DNA of 43,593 nt, from the sequence record SRR2962707_682. One strand, given 5' to 3'. The first letter of the stretch is position 1, and the number at the start of each line of letters is the position of its first letter. The translations under genes and the position numbers were made by a program. This document shows, one piece after another, positions 17,557 to 24,347 of the stretch. Below the pieces are notes generated by a model that made no database searches, was not told the DNA's origin, and saw nothing but the letters and a program-made list of their open reading frames with translations.

Positions 17557-18855
17557 TCAAATGAACGTGGATGCGAAGCCGAAAATGGCTCCAAGTGCGA
17601 CCAGGGAGGGTATGCCGATCCTGCCGGTGACCAGCAATACAAGCGATACGGCGGCTGCGGCGATCGACAGCCAGTTAATCTCGCCCTGTTCAAAGAACGC
17701 CGCACGGCCTAGGAAAATTGCCAGGCTTAGAATGACGCCGACGATGGCTGCGGTGATGGCCGACAGAGCATTCCTTGCCCATGAAAAGCGCTGGATGCTC
17801 TCGACGTAGGGCGCACCGGCAATGATGAGATAAAACGACGGCAGAAACGTGACATACGTGGTCAGGGCGGCTGCGAGGATGCCGCTCAGGAGGCCGCCGT
17901 TGTTCCAGCCTGCAAAAAATCCGACATAGGTCGTCACAAGGATCAGAGGCCCCGGTGTCGTTTCGGCAAGGGCAAGGCCGTTGATCATGTCTTCACCGGA
18001 TAGCCACTGGTAAGTGTTGACCCCGGCATCGGCGACATACGGCAGTACGGCATAGGCCCCACCAAAGGTAACGAACGCTGCAGTGGTGAAAAGTTTCACG
18101 ACGTCAGCAAAGGGCTGTGAGCCGAGTATCGACACGGCGACGTAAGTAGGACCGGCGAGCATCATGACAAACACAAGTGACACGATAAGGAACCGTTTTA
18201 TGTCATGCGTTCCGAAGTCACCTGTATCATGGGGGGCAGGTGCGTCGTGGTCGTCACCATGTCCGCTTGCGAGGGCATCTGGCCGAATTTTGGCAATGAT
18301 GATGCCCGCGATACCGGCTGCTGCGACGACGAGCGGGAAGGGAGCACCTGTAAACTGCAGGGCTGCAAATGCTGCAATCGCTAGAAACAGTGGCACTGGC
18401 CCTTTACACGTCTTGCTGCCGATCCGATAGACCGCTGCAATAACGATGGCCACGACCACGGGTTTGATTCCGTCAAAGATTGCGGCAATGGCGCCTTCAT
18501 TGCCATAAGCGGCAGCGACCCATGCCAGAAAAATCATCAGGACACATCCCGGAAGGATAAAAGCCGTGCCGGCAAATAGCGCACCTTTGATGCCGTGCAA
18601 CCGCCAGCCGATATAAGCAGCAAGCTGTTGTGCTTCTGGACCGGGCAGCAGCATCGAATAATTCAGGCCGCGCAAAAAGGCACCCTGACTGATCCAGCCG
18701 CGGCGATCTACGCATTCACTCTGCATCATTGCGATCTGCCCGGCCGGGCCACCGAAGCTCATGAAGCCGAGCTTGACCCAATAGCTTGCTGCTTCACTGA
18801 AAGAAGGTGAAGCTGGTGTGTTATTATGATCTTCCTGGGTATTCATATCGTCCAT
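17557..18855 (-). CDS. chrA: Long-chain chromate/oxyanion efflux transporter (CHR family)
   Basis: Two homologous halves: SFGGPAGQIA...LLPGPEAQQLA and TFGGAYAV...ETTPGPLI. Confidence 0.93.
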   Translation of the reverse strand: MDDMNTQEDHNNTPASPSFSEAASYWVKLGFMSFGGPAGQIAMMQSECVDRRGWISQGAFLRGLNYSMLLPGPEAQQLAAYIGWRLHGIKGALFAGTAFILPGCVLMIFLAWVAAAYGNEGAIAAIFDGIKPVVVAIVIAAVYRIGSKTCKGPVPLFLAIAAFAALQFTGAPFPLVVAAAGIAGIIIAKIRPDALASGHGDDHDAPAPHDTGDFGTHDIKRFLIVSLVFVMMLAGPTYVAVSILGSQPFADVVKLFTTAAFVTFGGAYAVLPYVADAGVNTYQWLSGEDMINGLALAETTPGPLILVTTYVGFFAGWNNGGLLSGILAAALTTYVTFLPSFYLIIAGAPYVESIQRFSWARNALSAITAAIVGVILSLAIFLGRAAFFEQGEINWLSIAAAAVSLVLLVTGRIGIPSLVALGAIFGFASTFI

Positions 18856-18858
18856 AAC

Positions 18859-18949
18859 CCCTCACATCCGGTCGTCCGGAAATTCACAGCGAGGGCAGCT
18901 CTTGGACGACAATCGTCTGATAGAACCGGGCGACTGCCTTGAGCCCGAT
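18859..18949 (-). promoter_or_regulatory. Candidate structured cis-regulatory RNA (riboswitch-like) in the chrA 5' leader
   Basis: P1 AUCGGGC/GCCCGGU with loop GGCAGU complementary to downstream GCUGCC; hairpins GACGA-UUG-UCGUC and UCCGG-ACGA-CCGGA; CCCUCGC complementary to GUGAGGG over the SD. Confidence 0.45.
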
Positions 18950-19000
18950 GCCGAAGTGATAGTGGAAAATGTTTGTCAGAGGAAGAAAAAAACTCACAGG

Positions 19001-19030
19001 AACGTGACAACCCGTTAGTCCAACGTGACA
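19001..19030. promoter_or_regulatory. Direct repeat AACGTGACA-N12-AACGTGACA, candidate operator in the chrA/bufferin divergent region
   Basis: Exact 9-bp copies at 19001-19009 and 19022-19030, a 21-bp period. Confidence 0.4.
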
Positions 19031-19113
19031 CCACTTTTTTTCTGACCCGGCTAGTATGCACTCACCGGAAACGAACCGGTTAGGGATTTTACTTCACTTC
19101 AGGAGAACTTTTT

Positions 19114-19380
19114 ATGTCTATTCAAAAGAAAACCGTTGGCGCCACTCTTGCCACCGCAGCAGCTGCCATGTTCATCGCCGGTGCAGCAATGACAGGTGCC
19201 CCGACGACAGCCAAAGCTGACGTTAAATGCGCCGGTATCAACTCATGCAAAGGGCATGGCGCTTGCGCCGGTGCGTCCAATGCGTGCAAAGGCCAGAATG
19301 CCTGCAAAGGCCAGGGTTGGGTCAGCACTGAAAGTGCATCTGCCTGCACCAGCAAGGGCGGCAAAGTCGTCGAAGGCTGA
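19114..19380 (+). CDS. Bufferin-type (BufA2-like) Cys-rich RiPP precursor with Sec signal peptide
   Basis: AGGAG RBS; signal peptide ending AKA; mature part has 6 Cys and three N[SA]CKG repeats (KCAGINSCKGHGAC...NACKGQNACKGQGW...C.SKGG); lies directly upstream of a DUF692 gene. Confidence 0.85.
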   Translation: MSIQKKTVGATLATAAAAMFIAGAAMTGAPTTAKADVKCAGINSCKGHGACAGASNACKGQNACKGQGWVSTESASACTSKGGKVVEG

Positions 19381-19408
19381 CGCCATTCATCTGTTAGGCT
19401 ATTGTGGA

Positions 19409-19446
19409 GCGGAGGGGGCGTGTATGCGGCCCCTCCGTTTCATTTT
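19409..19446 (+). terminator. GC-rich hairpin with T tract between the precursor and MNIO genes
   Basis: GCGGAGGGG (19409-19417) pairs with CCCCTCCGT (19430-19438), followed by TTCATTTT. Confidence 0.65.
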
Positions 19447-19460
19447 GGCAGGTAGTGAAC

Positions 19461-20300
19461 ATGTCGATTGAAGGCTTTGGCCTTGGACTTAGACCACAGC
19501 ATTTTCCGGACATCCTCGGTGAGGATGCGCCGGAAATCCCGGGTGTGGACTGGTTCGAAATCATATCAGAGAATTTCATAAATGCCGGCGGGCCGCCGCT
19601 GCGGAACATGATGGCGGTGCGTGAGCGGTTTCCGATGGTTATGCACGGGGTGTCGCTATCGATCGGCTCTACAGATCCGCTGGATATGAATTATCTTCGT
19701 GGACTGAAATCATTAGCCGAGCTTGTACAGCCAGAATTGATATCTGACCATTTATGCTGGACGGGCGTGCATGGATTGAACATGCATGATTTGCTGCCGC
19801 TGCCGCTGACTGACGAAAGCGTCAGACATGTCTCGTCGCGGGTTCATCAGGTCCAGGAAACTCTTGGACGACGGATTCTGCTTGAGAACACATCGACCTA
19901 CGTCACCTTTGAAGAAGATGAAATGCCCGAATGGGTGTTTTTGTCGGAAATCTGCAGTCAGGCCGACTGCGATATCTTGCTTGATGTTAACAACGTGTAT
20001 GTTTCCGCATTCAATCATGGATTTTCTGCCGATGATTACCTTGCGGGGTTGCCGGCGGAACGTATCAAGCAAGTTCATCTGGCCGGGCATGAGCATAACG
20101 GCGATTACATCGTCGATACGCACGACACACCTGTGCCGGACTATGTTCTGGACCTGTATGCGAAAGCTGTGAAGCGGTTCGGGCCTATTCCAACGATGAT
20201 CGAGCGTGATGCGAATATCCCCCCGTTTCAGGAACTGGTCCGTGAACTGCAGGGTGTACGGCGGATTGCCGGGAATGAACTGATACAGGTGCCGGCATGA
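19461..20300 (+). CDS. Multinuclear non-heme iron oxidative enzyme (MNIO, DUF692/UPF0276; BufB-like)
   Basis: GLGLR, WFEIISENF, HGVSLSIG, SDHLCW, LLENTSTY, LLDVNN, HLAGH, DTHD and IERD; ATG at 19461. Confidence 0.93.
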   Translation: MSIEGFGLGLRPQHFPDILGEDAPEIPGVDWFEIISENFINAGGPPLRNMMAVRERFPMVMHGVSLSIGSTDPLDMNYLRGLKSLAELVQPELISDHLCWTGVHGLNMHDLLPLPLTDESVRHVSSRVHQVQETLGRRILLENTSTYVTFEEDEMPEWVFLSEICSQADCDILLDVNNVYVSAFNHGFSADDYLAGLPAERIKQVHLAGHEHNGDYIVDTHDTPVPDYVLDLYAKAVKRFGPIPTMIERDANIPPFQELVRELQGVRRIAGNELIQVPA

Positions 20301-21088
20301 CGGCATCGCTCTCGGAATTACAGGCGAAGTTTCAGGCGCGTTTATTGAATGGTTCCCATGATATCGACCCGCACCTGAATGCCGGCGGCCCGTACATGAA
20401 GGCTTATGACCACGCGTACAAATCACGCCTCGTGGAAATCCTCACGGAGGATTTTGAAGGCCTGCATACGCTTTTGGGCGATGAGAATTTCTTCAAAACG
20501 ATGGGGGATTATGTCGATGCGCATCCATCGACGTCACGTTCTGCGCGGTGGCTTGGCCGCCATCTGAGCGAATGGCTCAGAAAATCAGAAACTTGGGAAG
20601 AGCACCCCGCGGTTATATCTATGGCATCCTTCGAATGGATGATCGGTCTGGCATTTGATGCGCTGGATGCGAAGCCGGTTGAGGTGTCTGATATTGGTGC
20701 TGTTCCACCCGAAGCATGGCCGATGCTGACTTTCACATTTCATCCGGCGCTCAATACCGCGGTTCTTGAATGCGAAGTCGCGCCGTTTTATCAGGCGGTG
20801 AAGCTGGATGTTGAACCTGAGGCGGCGCCGGTCCGGTACGAAGTTCCCGTTACATGGGCGGCTTGGCGTGATCCGGAAAGTCTGATGGTAATGTATCGTG
20901 CTCTGGATGCAGATGAAGCGGCAGCACTCTCCGCGGCCCGTGAAGGCATAACATTCGATGGCATCTGTGACATCATCGCAGACCTTACCGAAGCAGACGA
21001 AGCGGCTGTCCGCGCCGCTGGGCTGCTAAGAATATGGGTTGAAAGCGGGTGGCTCATTGGCCTCGATGCCGAAGGCATGAGCTGGTAG
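20297..21088 (+). CDS. DUF2063-containing MNIO partner protein (BufC/HvfC-like)
   Basis: LSELQAKFQARL, Y...Y.SRL.EIL.EDF...LLGDENF, HPS.S, MASFEW and FHPAL; ATGA overlap with the DUF692 gene. Confidence 0.85.
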   Translation: MTASLSELQAKFQARLLNGSHDIDPHLNAGGPYMKAYDHAYKSRLVEILTEDFEGLHTLLGDENFFKTMGDYVDAHPSTSRSARWLGRHLSEWLRKSETWEEHPAVISMASFEWMIGLAFDALDAKPVEVSDIGAVPPEAWPMLTFTFHPALNTAVLECEVAPFYQAVKLDVEPEAAPVRYEVPVTWAAWRDPESLMVMYRALDADEAAALSAAREGITFDGICDIIADLTEADEAAVRAAGLLRIWVESGWLIGLDAEGMSW

Positions 21089-21091
21089 TCG

Positions 21092-22498
21092 CTAGAGCAC
21101 CTTGCCCGGATTCATGATGCCGTTCGGATCGATCAGGGCCTTGATTTTCCGCATCAGATCGATTTCGACGGGGGAGCTGTATCTGACAAGCTCTTCCCGT
21201 TTCATGCGGCCTACGCCATGCTCGGCTGAGAAACTGCCGTCCATTTCGAACACGAGATCATTCAGCGGATCAGTAACATCATGCCATTTATCGAGGAAGG
21301 CCTGTTTATCCATGCCCTGAGGTTGCGTCAGGTTGTAGTGCAGGTTGCCATCCCCGATGTGGCCAAATGTCATGGGCCGTATACCGTCGACGGCATCGCT
21401 GACAATAGCGTCGGCTTTAGTCAGGAATTCCGTCATCTTTGAAATCGGGATCGACAGGTCGTTTTTGATTGAGCCGCCCTCGTTCCCCTGCGCGTCGGAA
21501 ATCGCTTCGCGGATATGCCAGATGTCATGACGCTGCTGTTCACTTTCGGCGAGTACGGCATCGACGACTTCATCGGCTTCGAGCGCATTACCGAGAAACG
21601 TCTCCATGGCGTCGCGGAGATCACTGCCGGGGCGGGGGGAGGTCAGTTCCAGAAGGACATACGCCGGATATTCAGCTTCGAACGGATCACGAACCCCTTC
21701 GGTGTATTCGCATGATACCCAGAAGCTGTTGCGGTTCATGTATTCGAAGGCCGTCAGTGCGTCGCCAACGGCATCTGAAGCGCGGGCAAACAACTTCATG
21801 ACGGCTTCTGCATCATTCAGGGCAACCAGCGCTGTTTCTGTTTGGCGAGGTTTTGGAAAAAGCTTCAGGACGGCTGCAGTTATAATTCCAAGCGTGCCTT
21901 CCGCTCCCATGAACAGATGCTTCATCTCATAGCCGGTGTTGTCCTTACGGAGACCTTTCAGTCCGTTCCATATGTCACCATTCGGCAAAACCACTTCGAG
22001 GCCGAGGACAAGTTCGCGGGCATTCCCATAGCGAAGTACATTGGTACCCCCGGCATTGGTCGACAGGTTGCCACCGATGCGGCAGCTACCTTCTGCGGCA
22101 AGGCTAAGGGGAAACAGTTTGTCGGCGTCATCGGCGGCTTTCTGGATGTCTGCGAGTACGCAGCCGGCACCCACCGTCATGGTCCCGTTCAGGGTGTCGA
22201 TATTATGAATTTTGTTTAGCCGCTCCGTAGAGACAATGATTTCTTCGTCGGCGATGCCGCCACCGACGAGCCCCGTATGCCCACCGAGCGGGACAATCGC
22301 GACACCGGCTTCGTTGCAGGTTTTGATGACGAAAGACACGTCTTCGACGTTAGCGGGGCGAGCGACAAAGGTCGCCGACCCTCGATACAGACCACGAGCT
22401 TCGACATTATAGGCATCCAAAGATCCGGGATCGTCCACGAAACCGGATGGGCCAAGGTGCTCTTTGATTTTTTTGATTACAGAAGTTTTGTCAGTCAT
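21092..22498 (-). CDS. FAD-binding oxidoreductase (D-2-hydroxyacid dehydrogenase, GlcD-like)
   Basis: GGHTGLVGG, IGGNLSTNAGG, RKDNTGY, GAEGTLGII, FGHIGDGNLH, SAEHGVG and DPNGIMNPGK. Confidence 0.92.
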   Translation of the reverse strand: MTDKTSVIKKIKEHLGPSGFVDDPGSLDAYNVEARGLYRGSATFVARPANVEDVSFVIKTCNEAGVAIVPLGGHTGLVGGGIADEEIIVSTERLNKIHNIDTLNGTMTVGAGCVLADIQKAADDADKLFPLSLAAEGSCRIGGNLSTNAGGTNVLRYGNARELVLGLEVVLPNGDIWNGLKGLRKDNTGYEMKHLFMGAEGTLGIITAAVLKLFPKPRQTETALVALNDAEAVMKLFARASDAVGDALTAFEYMNRNSFWVSCEYTEGVRDPFEAEYPAYVLLELTSPRPGSDLRDAMETFLGNALEADEVVDAVLAESEQQRHDIWHIREAISDAQGNEGGSIKNDLSIPISKMTEFLTKADAIVSDAVDGIRPMTFGHIGDGNLHYNLTQPQGMDKQAFLDKWHDVTDPLNDLVFEMDGSFSAEHGVGRMKREELVRYSSPVEIDLMRKIKALIDPNGIMNPGKVL

Positions 22499-22529
22499 TT
22501 TTGGATATTGGCGTCCGTGGGTGTGTTGA

Positions 22530-23492
22530 TCAAGACCGAACCGCGCGGCGCAGCCGGTCGTTTATGGCCAGGCCGAGACCTGTTTCCGGGATAGGGGCAA
22601 CCGCAATCGCCGCGGCGCCTTCATCATCGAGAAGATGCAGCATTTGGAAAAGATTTGCAGCAGCCTGTGTCAGGTCCCCATCCGCGCTGAGATTCAGACC
22701 GCCTGCTTCACTGGCTGGCCCAAAGCCAAGATAAACTTCATCGTCGTTCGCTTGTTCGGCGTTCATCCTGAGTTTGGCTTTCGGAGCATAGTGACGGCTC
22801 ATCATACCCGGCGATTTCGGGGTGTTGTCATCGGCACCGGCGATTGCGACAGGGCCGAGTATCCGCTCTATATCCTCTTTTGATAGACCGCCGGGACGTA
22901 ACAGCGTCACCGTGTCCGTCGACAGATCAATGACGGTCGATTCCAGTCCGACTTCGCAGGGGCCGTCATCGAGTATGATCTCCGGGCCCCCGTCATCAGG
23001 CCCCGGAAGGGATGCCGCCACGTGGCGTGCCTGGGTCGTGCTGACAGCCCCGGAAGCATTGGCGCTGGGGGCTGCGACCGGCACGCCGCAAACCTCGAGA
23101 AAACGACGGGCATTTCTGCGGGCGGGAATTCTGACGGCGACGGTGGAAAGGCCGGCCGTCGTCAACTCGGCAATGTTCGAATTTTCACTTCTGTTCAGGA
23201 CAAGTGTCAGGGGCCCGGGCCAGAAAGCGTCAGCCAGGGCCTGGGCGCGATCATCCATGGTGGCTATTTTCATAACACCAGCCAGATCGGGGACATGCGA
23301 AATCAGCGGATTAAAAGATGGTCGGCCTTTGGCGGCATAGATTCGTGCAACGGCCTCACCGTTTGTCGCATCCCCACCTAACCCGTATACGGTTTCGGTT
23401 GCAAACGCGACGAGCCCGCCCGCACGGATAATGGCAGCAGCTTCCTTTATCCCCGCTTCATCCATTTTGCGGATAGGCGTGCTGTTCCCCAT
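22530..23492 (-). CDS. tsaC: L-threonylcarbamoyladenylate synthase (Sua5-type, two domains)
   Basis: TETVYGLG, AKGRPSFNPLI, FWPGPLT, AAPSAN, GLESTV, PGMMSRHYAP and AINDRLRRA; ATG at 23492. Confidence 0.93.
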   Translation of the reverse strand: MGNSTPIRKMDEAGIKEAAAIIRAGGLVAFATETVYGLGGDATNGEAVARIYAAKGRPSFNPLISHVPDLAGVMKIATMDDRAQALADAFWPGPLTLVLNRSENSNIAELTTAGLSTVAVRIPARRNARRFLEVCGVPVAAPSANASGAVSTTQARHVAASLPGPDDGGPEIILDDGPCEVGLESTVIDLSTDTVTLLRPGGLSKEDIERILGPVAIAGADDNTPKSPGMMSRHYAPKAKLRMNAEQANDDEVYLGFGPASEAGGLNLSADGDLTQAAANLFQMLHLLDDEGAAAIAVAPIPETGLGLAINDRLRRAVRS

Positions 23493-23496
23493 ATCA

Positions 23497-24288
23497 TCAG
23501 GCAGGGTCTGAAACGCCCGGGCCCCGGGCGATGAAATTCGAATTCTTAAAACCGGCTTTTCCGTATTGTAGGGGGGTGCCGTCTTCGTTGATGATTTCAC
23601 CACCGGCATACATCAGTACGGCATGCCCGGCAGCGGTATCCCATTCCATGGTCGGGCCGAAACGGGGATAAACGTCTGCTTTACCCTCGGCGACACGGCA
23701 GAATTTCAGGCTCGACCCCACATTGATGGTTTCCTTGATTGGAAGCCCTGCCAGATAAGTTTCCGTTTCTTCCGTCAAATGGTTCTTGGAGGCAATGGCG
23801 GTCAGGCCGTCCTTGGGGGCGTGGCGGCAGGATATCTGTATGGCTCTGCCGGCACCGCCGTACTGCACAAAAACCCCGGCTCGAGTCGCAAGGTAGGTAT
23901 CGTCCGTAAAGGGTATATGCACGACACCAAGAACCGGTATGCCGTTTTCGATAAGCGCGATGTTGACCGTGAAGTCACCGCTTCGTGAAATGAACTCCTT
24001 GGTGCCGTCGAGGGGGTCAATCAGCCAGAACGGCTTGCTGCCGACTTCCGGAATTTTACCCTGCGAAACGGCTTCTTCCCCAACGAGCGGAAATTCCCCT
24101 GTTATGCCCTCGCGAATGCGCCTGAAAATAAGATCTTCCGCTTCCGTATCGGCTTTTGTGACCGGAGAGTTATCGCTTTTATCTTCAACGTCGAAATCAG
24201 TTTTGTAGACATCCATGATGACGCGGCCAGCACTGCGCGACACTTCCCCGATCTGCTCGGCGAGGCCTAAAGTGACGTTGAGAACCAT
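23497..24288 (-). CDS. cysQ: 3'(2'),5'-bisphosphate nucleotidase
   Basis: KSDNSPVTKAD, WLIDPLDGTKEF, GSSLKFC, YPRFGPTMEWDTAAG and YGK. Confidence 0.93.
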   Translation of the reverse strand: MVLNVTLGLAEQIGEVSRSAGRVIMDVYKTDFDVEDKSDNSPVTKADTEAEDLIFRRIREGITGEFPLVGEEAVSQGKIPEVGSKPFWLIDPLDGTKEFISRSGDFTVNIALIENGIPVLGVVHIPFTDDTYLATRAGVFVQYGGAGRAIQISCRHAPKDGLTAIASKNHLTEETETYLAGLPIKETINVGSSLKFCRVAEGKADVYPRFGPTMEWDTAAGHAVLMYAGGEIINEDGTPLQYGKAGFKNSNFIARGPGVSDPA

Positions 24289-24347
24289 AGTGTGTGATCT
24301 CCGGCAAATTTAATGTATGCGGACAATTGCGCCGGTCCGGCAGATAG

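Noticed and set aside
18859-18949. Firm assignment as a fluoride, guanidine-I, -II or -III riboswitch
   Set aside because: The resemblance is only partial: the fluoride GAUG/CURAUG residues are absent, there is only one clean ACGA hairpin, and there is no ykkC 3' stem. It is kept as an unassigned candidate.
18990-19113. SigF/ECF16-type promoter (GTAACC-N16-CGAA) upstream of the bufferin precursor
   Set aside because: No convincing match at the right spacing was found by eye.
19404-19460. Upstream start of the DUF692 ORF
   Set aside because: It runs through the terminator-like hairpin; family similarity starts at MSIEGFGLGLR (19461).
19752-20426. 224-aa minus-strand ORF, and similar shadow ORFs at 571-1155, 30617-31192 and 40103-40627
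   Set aside because: They are antisense to well-supported genes and carry no motifs, as expected in GC-rich coding DNA.
23493-23609. N-terminal extension of the tsaC ORF
   Set aside because: It overlaps cysQ; the Met at 23492 fits the operon spacing.
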